Of a DNA stretch of 64,000 bases, positions 38,988 through 52,300 are shown in pieces (the stretch's first letter is position 1; the number at the start of each line of letters is the position of its first letter). A model generated the notes under the pieces. That model saw only the letters and a program-made list of their open reading frames with translations, was not told the origin of the DNA and did not search any database. Where the stretch lies: contig OZ210885.1 of assembly GCA_964658305.1 (NCBI GenBank), forward strand, positions 19,530,001 through 19,594,000, written 5' to 3'. The stretch comes from Leptogorgia sarmentosa (lineage: Eukaryota). The translations under genes and the position numbers were made by a program.

Positions 38988-41230
38988 GGTCTCCCCGCTC
39001 CTAAGCGCCAAAGAACAGATAAACGGAAGGCCTTTTTCCGCGGACATCACCCGAGGCCGAATATACAATGGTGTGATTGGCAAGGCTCGCCTGTGTCTTT
39101 CGTCGGCCCCAGACCCCCTCCGCTGATGGTTTCACGGGGTCAGGTTTTGGCCAGCCCACGAGACGTCATTTTCCGCAACCCTTCTTCGTTTGTTCCTGGG
39201 AATTGCACAACCATTATAACGAATGGGAACAGATTGTTCCTGTAGGTGAGGCGGAAGAAGTCCTCTCCTTTATTCGCCATGGGGTAGATGTGTGGCAGTA
39301 TTTCCACCCATTTAAGGGGAAGTTTGCGGGGCAACGTTATGATTCGGCCTATCCACCCTCTTGGGAATTCCCAAATAGCCCCTCTTGTGAGCGTTTCACA
39401 GTTTTTGTCCATTCAACTATCCAGGAGAGAGTCCGCACTGGATCTTTGATATTTTGGGGGTTTGTTGGTGAAGTGCAGCCCCCACATTTGGTCATGCCTA
39501 TCACCGTTGAACCGACAAAGCCGCGCATGTGCCATGACGAGCGGTTCCTTAACCTTTGGATTCGCGATCTACCATTTACTTTAGATTATTTATCTGACTT
39601 ACCACGATATGTTGGTCGTGGCCATTTTCAGACGGTTTGTGATGACAAGAGTGGCTATGACCATTTAATGCTTACCCCATCTAGTAGAACAATGTTTGGT
39701 CTGCGTTGGGATGGTTGTTATTTCGTTTATGCCTCCTTACCGTTCGGCTGGAAGGCAAGTGCATATGTGTACCATTCCACCGGTTTGGTGGCCACCAGCT
39801 ATATTCGTACATTAAACGTCCCTTGCAGTCAATACATTGACGATAGACATAATGGTCAACTGGTTTGTCCATCTAGTGGCACCTGGTCTGATTTTGAACG
39901 AGCCGAAGCAGCGGCTTATATTGTTACCGCCGTACTCACAATCCTCGGTTATACCATCGCTCTCACGAAATCATCCTTGATACCTTCCCAGTGCGTACGT
40001 TTCTTGGGTTATTTGTCAAATTCTCTACTCATGGCGTTCGTTTTGCCCGACGATAAGAAACAGAAATTTCGAATATTAAGGGAGGTTATTTTATCTCAAG
40101 AGGAAGTCGGCCTTCAGATGTTGCAGCGGTTCGCGGGCAAAACAACATCTTTTTCTATCGCAGTCCCAGCTGCCCAATTGTACACTCGGGTCAATTATCG
40201 TGCTATTGGGTCGCATCAGACGCGGTTAGGCGGGTCAATTCCGGTTACCGGCGAGTTACGTGATCAGATTGCATTTTGGCGATTCCTGGATACCTGGGAG
40301 GGGCATCTTCCGTGGTTTGACGAGAGACACTACGTACTTAAATTTTTTGCGGATGCCTCAAACTCGGGTTGGGGAGGAGTTCTTTGTCCACTCGGTGGCG
40401 AACATTCTACACTTCGCGATTATTGGGAGCCAACTCATCAGCCCAAGCCTATGGTTGTCAAAGAGGCTCTTGCCCTCCTGAAAACCCTTTCTGTTGCGGC
40501 TCAGTCTTGGTCTAATTGCCACGTCGATGCACATTCGGACAGCTTGACATTTGTTAAGGCCTGGAAGAACCAAGGGAGCAAGAGTGCCGACCTCACTTCG
40601 GTCATTCAGTCTATCTTCGAGTTGTCACTCCGCGCCAATATTAGCCTCACTCTCTACCACGTGCCATCCAAGGCAAACTTAGCAGATGCTCCGTCTCGAG
40701 TTTTGTCCATGGCCGACTGCATGCTTGCTGAGCACGCGTGGCAAGATTTGCAGCGTCGTTGGGGACCTCATACGGTCGATCTTATGTCCCTGGATTCCAA
40801 CGTGCATACAGGTCTTGACGGCTTGCCACTACGTCATTTCTCCCCTTGGCCGACGCCCGACTCTGCGGGCGTTAATCTGTTCGCTCAATCGCTTGATGGC
40901 ACAGAAAATGCCTATGTGTTCCCCCCGTTGCCGGTCATTGGCCCTGTCCTTCGCTTCCTGTTCTCTGGTAAATGCAGCTTTACTGTTGTTCTCCCTGACC
41001 TCTTTCCACGACGCTTTTGGTGGCCCTTGATGCATGGACGTGCCCTGGATAAGTTTCGATTAGAAGGCAAAGGTCAATCCGGTATTCTCCTCTTCCCCAC
41101 GCGAGCAGGTAATTTCGAGGATAAACCTCTGGAATGGGATCTTTGGGCGTTTCGGGTGCAAATTGTTCTCTCCATTTCCCAACCTCCGCTTCCTTGTTTA
41201 GGGAGTTCCTCGGTTATGGCGACCAGCTAA
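38988..41230 (+). pseudogene. pol of element 1: RT, RNase H and Dam-like methyltransferase domain (one frameshift near 39198)
   Basis: 'DDKSGYDH', 'LPFGW', 'YIDD', 'FADASNSGWGG', 'NLADAPSR', 'VDLMSLDSN...GVNLFAQ...YVFPP'. Confidence 0.92.
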
Positions 41231-42514
41231 GACGTGTAGAGAATGCCATTACCTGAATGACGATTGCGCTGTGTTTTGTCAAAGATGTGGCGTCCAGCAG
41301 CTCTCGACCGCCGTCGGCACACCCGGTCTGCCTTCATCTACTAAAACAGTGAGACCCGATATCACGATGATAGACAAGCGTATCTCTGAACTTCAGCAGG
41401 CAAGGACTTCGACGCCTTATGGGCGTCAAAAATCGCAGCTGGGGGTTGAATCGCAGGCGTTTCTTGCCTCCTTATCCCCTTCTAAAACATCTCTCTCGTC
41501 TACACCACAGGATGTGGTCCGGTTCCTAGTATGGAAGGACCAAAAAGGACGAACAAAGGTTCACCAGCAGCACTGCCAATTCATTGGTTCTCGCGCCAAA
41601 TGCCTATGTGATTGCCGCGGGGACTGTCGATTCTACTATTGGCAAACTTCGAGCTATATTTAATAGCCTGGGTCGTTCGGGTGGGGGCAATCCTGCTGCA
41701 CACTTCACGGTTACACAATACCTCAAGTCTATTCAAACAACAAGCTGCAGCTAGGATTTCTCCTCGCCAGGCTACATCACTCTTTTTTGACAAATTTCGT
41801 CTGATCATCCTTCACTTGCGCTCTCTTCTTTGCAATTCCACATCGTCAGCTATCGATAAGTATATTTATGCCCGTGATCTGACATTTTTTACTCTTGAGT
41901 TTTATACCGGTCAGCGCGCCTCGGACCTTGGCAGACTAAAAACAGTTGACATTTCACAGAATCCGGACGGCCGCAGTTTGCTTATTCACCAACGAGTCGG
42001 GAAAACTCTCCGAGGAAGTCGTTCGAGGCCAATTCCCATCCGCCCGTTAGCGAATCCCGCCTTCTGCCCTGTCGCAAATTTAACATTCTACCGTACACTT
42101 TGCACCGCAATGCGAATTGATTTGGGTGTTGGTTTCCTCTTTCGCACAACATCACATCGTGTGTCGGTTTCTAGTTCCCCGTTTTTGGTGTCGGCGGCAC
42201 AAGCTCGGTTGGTGTCATATTTGAAGTCGCTGGGGCTCTACACTAACGAGACTGTGCACGGTTTCCGGGGGGGTACCGCTCTGCTGCTCAAGATGCTTGG
42301 TGCCTCAAGTGACGATATTGCACGCCACATAGGATGGTGCTCAACTGCCATGGTGGATCATTACACACAAGTTGATAAGGTTTCCGCGATCCTAGACACG
42401 GGCGATAAACTTGGGGATAGTATTCTTTCCCGTGCGGGGCAGGTTCCAGCCCAGGTCTTGGGACGTCGATTTACCGAATGTAATAATTTAACGGGTTTCG
42501 AACCGTTTTTCTAG
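41202..42514 (+). pseudogene. Tyrosine recombinase of element 1 with N-terminal C4 zinc ribbon (frameshifted at about 41610-41730)
   Basis: 'CRECHYLND...FCQRCG', 'GQRASDLG', 'GKTLRG', 'HGFRGG', 'HIGW', 'DHY'. Confidence 0.9.
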
Positions 42515-42802
42515 TTAACCCATAATCCTATCAGCTGTGTTTGTCTTTATTGTTTTGTTTTCTTTCTTTTCTTTCGTGTGGAGTTTTGGGGGAGAGAGTT
42601 TTGGGGGAGAGAGTTTTGGGGTTTTCGGGTTTAAGTTACGGGTAATGTTAGGTAGGTATAGACAGGGAAATAAAACTTATTTTTAGCCGGGTTTGCAATC
42701 CTAGCTAACTTACATGACCCGGTGACAGGGCTCGCATTTCCCATAACTCTCATCCCGTAAACCCATGGTAGCATGATTGCAATTGGAATAGATTACCATA
42801 TC

Positions 42803-44430
42803 CAGTGGTGTGGACAAGGGGGGCCTTGTGTAATGGGATACACAATGGGTTTTACTGAGAGTATTTTTTAATTCATCAAACTTTTCCTTCTCTAGGTTTC
42901 GTCAAAGAGTGATCAGGTTTTTATCAAAGTTGGCTTTGGTAATTGGAAGAAATCTGAAGTTTTGACTAAGCACCAAAAATCAGACTGTCACAAGCAATCT
43001 CTTCATGCATACCGTTATTGGAAACATCAGAAATCAGTTAGAAATACAAGAGTCTTATCATCAACAGACAGTGAGTAGTCATTCAGTGTTCATATATATC
43101 CATACAATTTTTCTCTTTTTCCCACAGCTAGTTTTCTTCATTCAATTACAAACACCTAATGGTTCTTTAGGTGAAAAGAAATTGAACGATTATTGGCAGA
43201 ATTATTAATGTGGTGCAACTACTGGGCAAACTTAATTTGCCCTTTAGAGGATGCCACAAGGGTGAATGCTCAATGAATAAGGGGGGTTTTAAAGGATTCA
43301 TTGCACATATGGCAGAGTTACCTGCTTATTGAAAGCCATCTAAATGATTGTGCAGGTACATACAGTATTAAAGTCTTGGTGTTCATTAATGTACAGTAAC
43401 ATGTGATAAACAACAGCACACATCGCCAGCATAGGTAGCCCTTCAGGAAGGATAATCTCACTACCTAAACGACAAAACAGATTAGATGTTTCAACCGAAG
43501 GCCATTAGTAAGATGTGAGTGCTGACTGAAAATCAGTATATACATATTTTTTTCATCAGCCACATGTGGTAGTAGTAACAGGCAATGACTGGAAACCAAG
43601 ACTTAAATGTTGGTTTGTAGTATTGTTCAGTCAGAGAAAATTGTTCTTCTTGTAGATAATGCAAAGTATATCAGCCCTGCAATTCAGAATGAAATGATCC
43701 AGTTAGTTGGGTGTGCTATTTTGGATGAAATTGTGCACAGGGTCGAAGAAGCAAAGCTGTATTCAATTATAGCAGATGAAACTCCTGATAATAGTAAAAC
43801 AGAACAGTTCTCTGCTTGTCCGTTATGTTTGGAATGGGAAAGTGGAAGAACGCTTTTGGCAGTTATACCAATAAAAGAAACCTCAGCTGAAGTTCTTTTC
43901 AATACTGTTTGCAATAAAGTAGAAGAACATGGAATAGAAATTTCAAATTTACACGGACAATGCTATGTTGGTGCAAGCAATGTTTCAGTTCACACCGGAT
44001 TACAAGCACAAATTAAAGAACCCACAACTCTCAGAATTCTCTCTCAGAGAAAAAATGCTCATTTCACCCATTGCTATGGCCATGTGTTGAACCTTGTCAT
44101 TGTGGGCACAATGAATAACAACCCAATTGCAAAAGATTTCTCTGGAACATTACAAAATTTGTATGTGTTCATTGAAACCTGGTCCAAACGACATGCAGTT
44201 TATTTGGATCAACAAAGAAAGGTTAACCAGGCTTCTGGTGAAGAAGAAGAAAGTGAGATACCAGATGGGCCTGTCGTGCTGATAGCATTGAAGCAATCCA
44301 CCACACTATAAAAGCAGTAATTGCAACTTTAGAGGATATTCGGGAAAATGAGAAGAAAGCTAATACCGCCACTGAAGCAAAAGGGTTACTGAAAAATGTC
44401 AAGGAGTTTGAATTTATCCTGGCATTGGAG
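42803..44430 (+). mobile_element. hAT (ZMYM1-like) element, 5' part, degenerate
   Basis: Start CAGTGGTGTGGACAAGGGGGG; 'GFGNWKK', 'YISPAIQNEMI', 'IIADETPD', 'THCYGHVLNL'. Confidence 0.85.
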
Positions 44431-47400
44431 GTATATTTTCTATATTTTATTGAACACTTGTTTATGGCTTTTTAATGATATGCTAATGCAATGAAGAACA
44501 GGAAATCTGAATTGAATTCTAAAATTCAGCTCATTTTCAACCAATGGGAATAAGATCACCTGTTAAACTCGTTCGTATTGACCATATTTATATTTCTGTT
44601 TTTTTACCGTTAATTTAGGGAACGGTCAAATATATGTTTCTGCCAAAAAGACGTCAATAGGACGTCTCTTACAAAACCCCCTCCCAAAGACATCAGGCTC
44701 CAATAGCGGATAATTTGTACGACTTTATCTCCACATTTCTCAAGACTCCAATACTGAGAGTGGTCACGTTTATTAAAAATATAAATGTATTTCCCACCTA
44801 TTTATATTCCTACGTGTATAATCATAATCACTCGATTATTGTCTGACTATAGACAGTAACTGCAAAAAGTAACACAATTGTGATCAATTAACTTGACAAA
44901 AAATGGACTCATATCTATCAAATACATTCTTCACAGTAGAATTTGTTATTAATCGGTACTTCTTATCTTATTCCGATACAAAAAATGTGGAACCATTTGA
45001 AACAGCTGTCACAGGAGACCTATCCAATAGTATCATCATCAATGTCTTCGTTGTCCAGTTAATTTTCTGGTGGGTCAATCTGTTTGCATATCTCCCAAAC
45101 TTCTTCATTTTCATTCGCTTCAGCTTTCTCATTGGAATCACTTTGATCTACGTCATTAGGCTTTTCGGGAATTGATGAGTTAGCATAGGCTACTCGTTTA
45201 GGAGCTAGGAAGGTTTCCATTCTTGCTTGTTCAGAATTTTGGCTATCTAGCTTATTTTTGCTCTGTCTTGCCCTCTTGCGACTGTCATAGATCTTGTGAT
45301 TCATGAGATCTTTGTGTTGCAGGAGTTGGCGGCATGACTGAAAAGAAAGCCCACAGTCCTTGTAAGTGCACTCGTACCTATTTTCCAGCTGTTTTCGAGA
45401 TGCATTTTGCAACGTCTTGGTTTTGGATCTTTTTGGGTGAAAGAATCTGCAATGTTTTTCTTTTTCTGTTTTTGATGAAAATGACCATGCAGGACAAACT
45501 TCACATCTTCCTAAGATTTCAGTTTTTTGTGCTTCTATTTTCATCTTCTGTGATTTTTAAAGGGCAGAAAGTTTCTTGTAGTTTTAGATGTTCTTTCTCT
45601 ATTTCTACCATTTCCAAAAATGTTTTGTAAGATCCATGAATTAGCTCACTAGGTTCTGGATCAAAAATGCCGTGGGTTGTAATAAAATTCCAGAATTGTT
45701 TTGCACTCACTGGATGGTGGTTGCAATGTTTGCAATTGTTACACTTGCTAATTATTATTTCATACTTTCTACGATCTACGTGCTTTAGTGCCTCTTTAAA
45801 TTCTTCATGAATGGCAACATGGGGACCTGACAAATTTCTGGAAGTTGTCAATTTACTGTAAGCATGAACAGAATGAAAGGTGCAATTTGTATGTTGTAAA
45901 CCTGTCGGAATGTTCACTGCCACAACAGGCCAGCATCCATCGAATGCCAGCTTTTTCCAGTAAACGTTAGCAACCTTATCCAGCTCTCTGTCAAAAACCT
46001 CTATCTCTTTTTTCTTTACTTCTTCGGGTGCCAGCCAAACCAGAAATAAAAACTGGAGGCTTGTCATCACCATTTGCTACCGGTTTCCCTCGAACATCTG
46101 TTAATGCCTTTGACAGAAGAGACCATAAATGCTCTATTGAATTGTAAGCAGAGTAACCAGGTGTATATGATGTAACGATTAGTGCATCTTCGTGTTCTTT
46201 CCAAAGGCGATAATAGTAGAGCAAATTTTGATAATGTTGAGGGTTTCTATCAGGACCTCGGTCAGTGATCACAATCACAACTTTCTTTCCTGTAGTGTAT
46301 TTGCATATTAGAATACAAAATTAATCTAGATAGTATGAATATGTAGCATAGTTAATTAATGTGGTCTTATTGTTTGTCTGTCATCTGCTTGTGGAATACT
46401 GAAAAGCTTAGTTAAAAGTATAAATCGAATCCAGTGCAATCTGCAATTTATTTAGTGTTAGAACACTACATTTCCGTCTTTTATAGCTCTTTTGATAATA
46501 GGTTCAATGTCCTCATTATGAGTCTCCATGTTAACTTTTGGTGCTTTGTTGCTCTTATATAGACGTGGGCTGGTCCAGTATGAGGGGTTTTCAGATGCGG
46601 TCTACCGTGCTTGTCTTTAACAAGCGCTGATGATTCAAAACCCTTTTCCATCAAATTTTCATCAATTGTTTCTCTAGCATTTTCAACATTTCACTCCACT
46701 TTCATGATAATGCAGTCGATAACTTCAGTTAATACGTTTTGTCTGAATATATCATCTACATTACAAAGTTCTTCATCAAAACTTGTTGATTGTTTATAAA
46801 TCTCAATAAAGTTTACCTCTGAAGTATTCAGAGTAAAATTGTTTTTGAATCTAAGTTCCATCAAACCACTTGGTTTTCCTAAATATCCTGGGACTGGAAA
46901 GTCATGGTCTTCATGATCCGGGAAATTGTCTACTGGGTATAGTTGATTATTCTGATGGTAGCGACTCACCATTGTGTAGCTGCTCAATCTCAACTGATTC
47001 ATACAATGTACAGATAGAACCAAAACCTCATCATTGAACATTGATGCCATTTTTCTTTGGTATTTAAGAGATCGTCTCTGTAAAAACCGTCCACAGGTTA
47101 CAGGAATAAAAATATAACAATCCTTTATTTTTTGTCAAATAAAAGGTATTCCAGCCTGATAAAGTGATTCAGGTTTGTTTTTGCAAAACAGTCTTTTGTT
47201 TCGGTTTTAGAGCGCATTCAGTATGCCTACTATTCACTGCTGGTAATGCCGCCATTTTACCGCCTAATTTTAGCAAAATTTTGAAGGAGCTATTATCACT
47301 CAAGGAATTATCCTCAAATTGTGCCATAGATTTTTCCGACCATTCAGAACATTGCTAACAAAAACTGATATGAATAAAGAAATCTGTCACATTTGTTTCA

Positions 47401-47968
47401 TTTTTAACACGAAATAAAAATCAGTGGTTGACCCACGATGGATATCAAGTCAAATTTGTACACTGAAAATAAGGTCATTTTTCTGGAAAGTGGATCGTTG
47501 ACAGTTCATTATTGCTCTTGCACGGTACTAAGTACACCTATATCTATTAAAATCTGCTGATAAAGTTTGTGGTCAAGCTTTTATTTAGTGGCCAGGAATC
47601 TATAAAGATGTCCCTAATTACGGCTTATGCGTGCGCCATTTGCAAAATAGTGTAACAGTGTCATCGTTTTGTAATGCCTCATTAAACGCAAAGAATATCG
47701 TTCAGACAACCGAAAAATAATCGGAATTGTAATGAAGACAATTAAACGTTAGAAACGTACGAAACGAAACGTACCTTGCTTTTTTCGATTCAATAAACTT
47801 GTTTTGATCCTATGCAGTTTCAGTGCAATTTAACTATAGCTTGCTGAAGAGAGAATCTAATTGTCGCAGGTCCATTGATCGATTTACTCATTTTTAAAGA
47901 ATACCACATAGCTACTTCTGCCGCGAAGATTGCAGTCACAGTTAGGTCAACGTGGTAATGCACTTTCC

Positions 47969-49173
47969 TGGATCCAATCGTATCTGGATGGCAGAACGCA
48001 GCGAATTTCAGTTTATGGCATACTCTGATAGATTTGATTTAGAATGCGGTGTTCCACAGGGCTCGTGTTTAGGCCCGTTGCTATTTACGGTTTATACTAG
48101 CAAACTGTTTGAGATCTTACGTTCGCACCTTCCTTCTGCACATGCCTACGCTGATGACACCCAATTATATGTCTTTCAGACCATCTGAAAGACTGAGTGA
48201 AGTTGATGCTGTGGCTGCACTGGAGAACTGAATCTGTGATGTGCGTGCTTGGATGAAAGAAGACATGCTGTGGTTAAATGATGACAAAACGGAGTTTTTA
48301 CTGATTGGCAGTCGTCAACAGCTGGCCAAAGTGTCCATCAACAGCATCAGAGTTGGTGAAGCTGACGTTATACCTGTGTCGAATGCAAAGAACCAGGGAA
48401 CTTGGTTTGACTCCCACATGAACATGTCTACTCATATATCCAAGACTTGCAGCAGTGCGTTCTACTATCTTTACAACATTCGTCACATCAGGAAATACCT
48501 CTCAAGGGAACATGCTGAACGGTTGATTCATGCCTTCGTCACAAGCAAATTGGACTATTGTAATAGCCTGTTGTATGGTGTTCCAGAATGCCAGATAAAG
48601 AAACTTCAACGCTAGTGCTAGGCTTATCTATTGCACGCCCAAGTTTTGCCATATCACTCCAATACTTAAGGAGTTGCACTGGTTGCCAGTGCGCGCACGC
48701 ATAAAATATAAAATTTTACTTATTACGTTTAACGTTATTAAGGGATTAGCCCCTAAATATCTTTCCGACTTGGTGGAAATATTGCAGACATCGAGGTATG
48801 ACTTGCGACATAATAGTAATGGTGTTCTATTAGCTAGAAGTACAATAAGAACCAAGAAGACAATGGGCGACCGTGCATTCATGATCGCTGCTCCAATGTT
48901 GTGGAATAGATTGCCTTTATCTGTTAGACAAGCAACTACTATTGACACCTTCAAGTCTTTGGTGAAGACCTATTTATTCACCATGACATATAATTAATAT
49001 AACATTATTGACATAAATATACGATTTTATTGGAAAAATTTTTTATTTTTAAGCATGTAATCATAAGTTGTAATCGATTACCATAGTTTTCCATTTTATC
49101 TTTGTATTATTGTTATGCGCATATGATTATCATATAGAATATGCGCAATATAAATATTAAATATTATTATTAT
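47969..49173 (+). mobile_element. 5'-truncated L2 LINE inserted in the left Sola3 TIR
   Basis: 'GVPQGSCLGPLLF', 'YADDTQLY', 'LNDDKTEFL', 'LHWLPV'; (ATT)n tail ends at 49173 where TIR sequence resumes. Confidence 0.9.
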
Positions 49174-51939
49174 TGGTGCTGATAAAAGTTAACTTCAAAA
49201 AGTTGGCTAGAAGTGTGTGAAACATTGTAATATTATTGTTCGTTGTTCGTTCGTACTTATTGTTTACATACACGTAGCTATACATGAAATTGACATGTTC
49301 TGAGAGTGAGGATATTCCGGTTTTAATAAAACTAGTCCGATCAGAATGTTGTTTCCCTAGAATTGTTTAACGATTCTGTTACTGTTTTCCAGTCAAAGTG
49401 CAAGACACAAAATCATCTCGGTTCTTTTCTTGTTCTGCAACAGCTACATCTTCAATCCAGCAGTCCATCTCTTGACTTTCTACATCAATGTGATCGCTTG
49501 ATTGTAATATCTGCTGTTTTCGTCGTGCAGCGAGAAGGCGTGAAAAAACCCCCTTAATTTGCAACTTATTCAACCACTGTTCTCTTTGGAAAGCCCGTGT
49601 TCCGTCTACGTTTTTGGCACGCCTTATATCTAGCGAGACCTGTTGTGGATCTGCTTTGATTCCTGATATCTCACCGATGTCAAATTTAGCTGTTAGATAA
49701 CGACGTGTTACATCAGGGAACTTCTTAGGCGCTTCTCTCGCTGGTTGGAGGGCCCATCCCATTGATACTTTGGGAGCACCTTTGTCACCGACCTTCTGGG
49801 CCGAATCCATTCTTGGCAAATTTTCACCAGAAATTGTCGAGAATTTATGAGCCCATTGCCGCCATAGCCCATCGAAAAAGCTTTCATTGTCAGAGGTTGT
49901 TTCAAAATGTTTCCCCAGAGAAACATGCATTTCCAAATCATCCAAGGTGTCGAATGACTTAAGGCAATTTTGCTCCATGCACACAAAGGTACCATTCCCT
50001 TCACCCTCGTCGTGATTTTCAGAATGTTTTTTGCCTGCTTTTAGTGTTCTTGGTTGTCCAGGAAGGAAAAAATCCTCTCCGTCGCGTACCACCAAACCAC
50101 AAGCCTTCTGACTGGTAATACATAACTTGTCATATGGAATCAACTTTCCAGTTCCAACTGTGAAAGCTTTACACATTCTTACACCATCCAATTCAAATTT
50201 GAAGTTGTGAAAAGCACTAAAGTTAGAAATAGTTTTCATATTTAAGGTTTTATTATTGACATCAACTTGACAAACTGATGCGGTAGATCCTCGCACTGGC
50301 CTCTCCTTCAACGCTTCTCTCATATGTGCTGCGCAAACAATATCGTGTCCTTCGTTGCAATAGGTTTTCAGTGAGTTTTTCATGGGACATAAAATTCTAT
50401 CACATACATGTTTCCCGTGCTGTGGTTCAGAAAAATCGTACGCGTGCACTGTTAAACCTGCCCTCTTTCCAATATCACTAACACTTGCTATTAGGTTGTT
50501 GTTATGGTAACAACCGGCTTCGTCTGAACGCAAATACACGTTCTCAATTGATATTTGGGTTCATTTTCACGATGTTATGGAAAAGATTTTCCAGGATAGA
50601 TGACACTGCAAACCAATCCTGGACGCATCGGGCCTGTGAAAACTCGTAACACATTTCATGTTTCTGTTCCTCATTGTAGAGATGGGATGAAAGCGTTTGA
50701 ATCATGCTCTAAATGTTACTAAGTGTTGTTTTTAGTGCTTCACAGTCCTCACATATAACATCGTGTTGGTGATCACACTTCTCTTGAAATTCAGGATTAT
50801 CTGCATCACTCAAAGAGAATTTTCGGCAGTGGTCACCACACCGGCTTGTTGGCTCTCCACAATGAGCAATGTATTCAGTTTTTAAATAACACTTTGACTT
50901 TCTAAGCTGCTTTTTACAATTTTCAGCCCATTCTTTTTCGATGCCAGATTTCTACAGCTCCTGCAAAATTTCTTCAATCGCGTCAAAAGCAGCAGCTCCA
51001 TCAGAAGCAGTATTGTCCAATCCCTGCAGCGACTTTCTCTGAGAGGCTTCCCTAACTTCAAGTATTCTATATAGGGTTGCTCTACTAAGTGGCTCGAAGT
51101 TTTCGTCTTTGCAGTGATGCATATATTGAGAAATCATGGTCGATCGTGTGACGGTCCAAACAACATTGGGCATAGAAATACACTCACCGCTGTCGAGTTT
51201 TAGTTTCCTTGTTCCAAAGTACACATCCTGGTAAAAATACAGACGATTGACAAACTCAACAAAGTGATCAACCTTGAAAGTATCGATTCTAACTCTGTGG
51301 CGTGCTTGCTTTTCTAGAGGCATGCCTGCCCCAAATTGCTTGCAATGGGCATGTGCTTTTTTTACTCGCCATGATGTTATACGTTCGTAAGGCTCGTGTA
51401 TTTCAATCAGTTTTTTTGCAGAAAATCTGTAGCAATACAAGCTAAGAATCTGAGTTTTTAGTTTCCTCGTTGGTGCTTCTCTGTGAGCAGTCATTAACGC
51501 AGCCAGCTCACTGCTAACCAACGGCTTTTGCCAAGCGCCTACTTCTTCAAACAATGTTTCGCTGTCATTTGGTGCAATTACTTCGCAAACCATTCGACAG
51601 GCTTGACTAGCTTTAGCAATGCATTTCTCCTTGGTCATTTTTGTTGTTTCAGACAAAGGAATACACAATCTAGAACTTACGGGTGAAAACTTTGCTGTTG
51701 ATGTGGATCCTGAGAGTTGGGAAAAGCAATCGTTGAATATATTTAAAACTCCTTTGTCACTTGAGAGTACACTTTCTTTATCCGACTCGGTGGATTCCTC
51801 TTCTTCCACCCACTCTGCAAGGACACTTTGCCTTTCTCTCCTCGTACGTGCAGGGGAAGGGGACTGGAGTGACTCGTGTATTGCCAAATTGGCACATGTT
51901 TTTGCAGCCCTATGCGGGAAAAAAATTATACCATGTGGT

Positions 51940-52300
51940 TTAATTGCTGCCGAGCGTAGCGAGGCAGCACACTATTCTTGACACGCGGTGGTTTCCCCAG
52001 AGTCTACTCGACCCAGTCTTTCGCGCGAGTTATGTATTGCCGAGATCGAGATCTTGTGTCTGTCTGTCTGTCTGTCCATAAAGATGTTTGTCGTATCCGG
52101 GGGCATAATTAAGCTTCAGGGACGTTTGTTAAAAGAGGGGAGCGGTCAGAATAATTAAGCTTCAAGTACGTAGCGCGCGCACACGGCACGCATCTCCATG
52201 TGCGTCAAGAATCGAAAGGTTTTTACAAAAGCGTTTCATACAGATGCAAGATTTTGCTAATGTTTTATGCGTTGTGGTTGGCCCAGGTTGGGTAATTTGG
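51940..52300 (+). mobile_element. HINE/DINE-1-like (Helentron-associated) element in a Sola3 intron; right boundary uncertain
   Basis: 5' hairpin TGCTGCCGAGCGTAGCGAGGCAGCA and (GTCT)n microsatellite at about 52057-52077. Confidence 0.45.

Larger units (their letters stand above)
36322..42796 (+). mobile_element. PAT-like DIRS tyrosine-recombinase retrotransposon (element 1), near full length
   Basis: Order: gag (CCHC), RT-RNaseH-methyltransferase, YR; terminal arms ACTATTCTAAGTGCAGTCATGC and GCATGATTGCAATTGGAATAGATTAC. Confidence 0.93.

Noticed and set aside
47164..47358. Duplicated 64-aa ORF (also at 59078-59272)
   Set aside because: It is a by-product of the Sola3 terminal inverted repeats.
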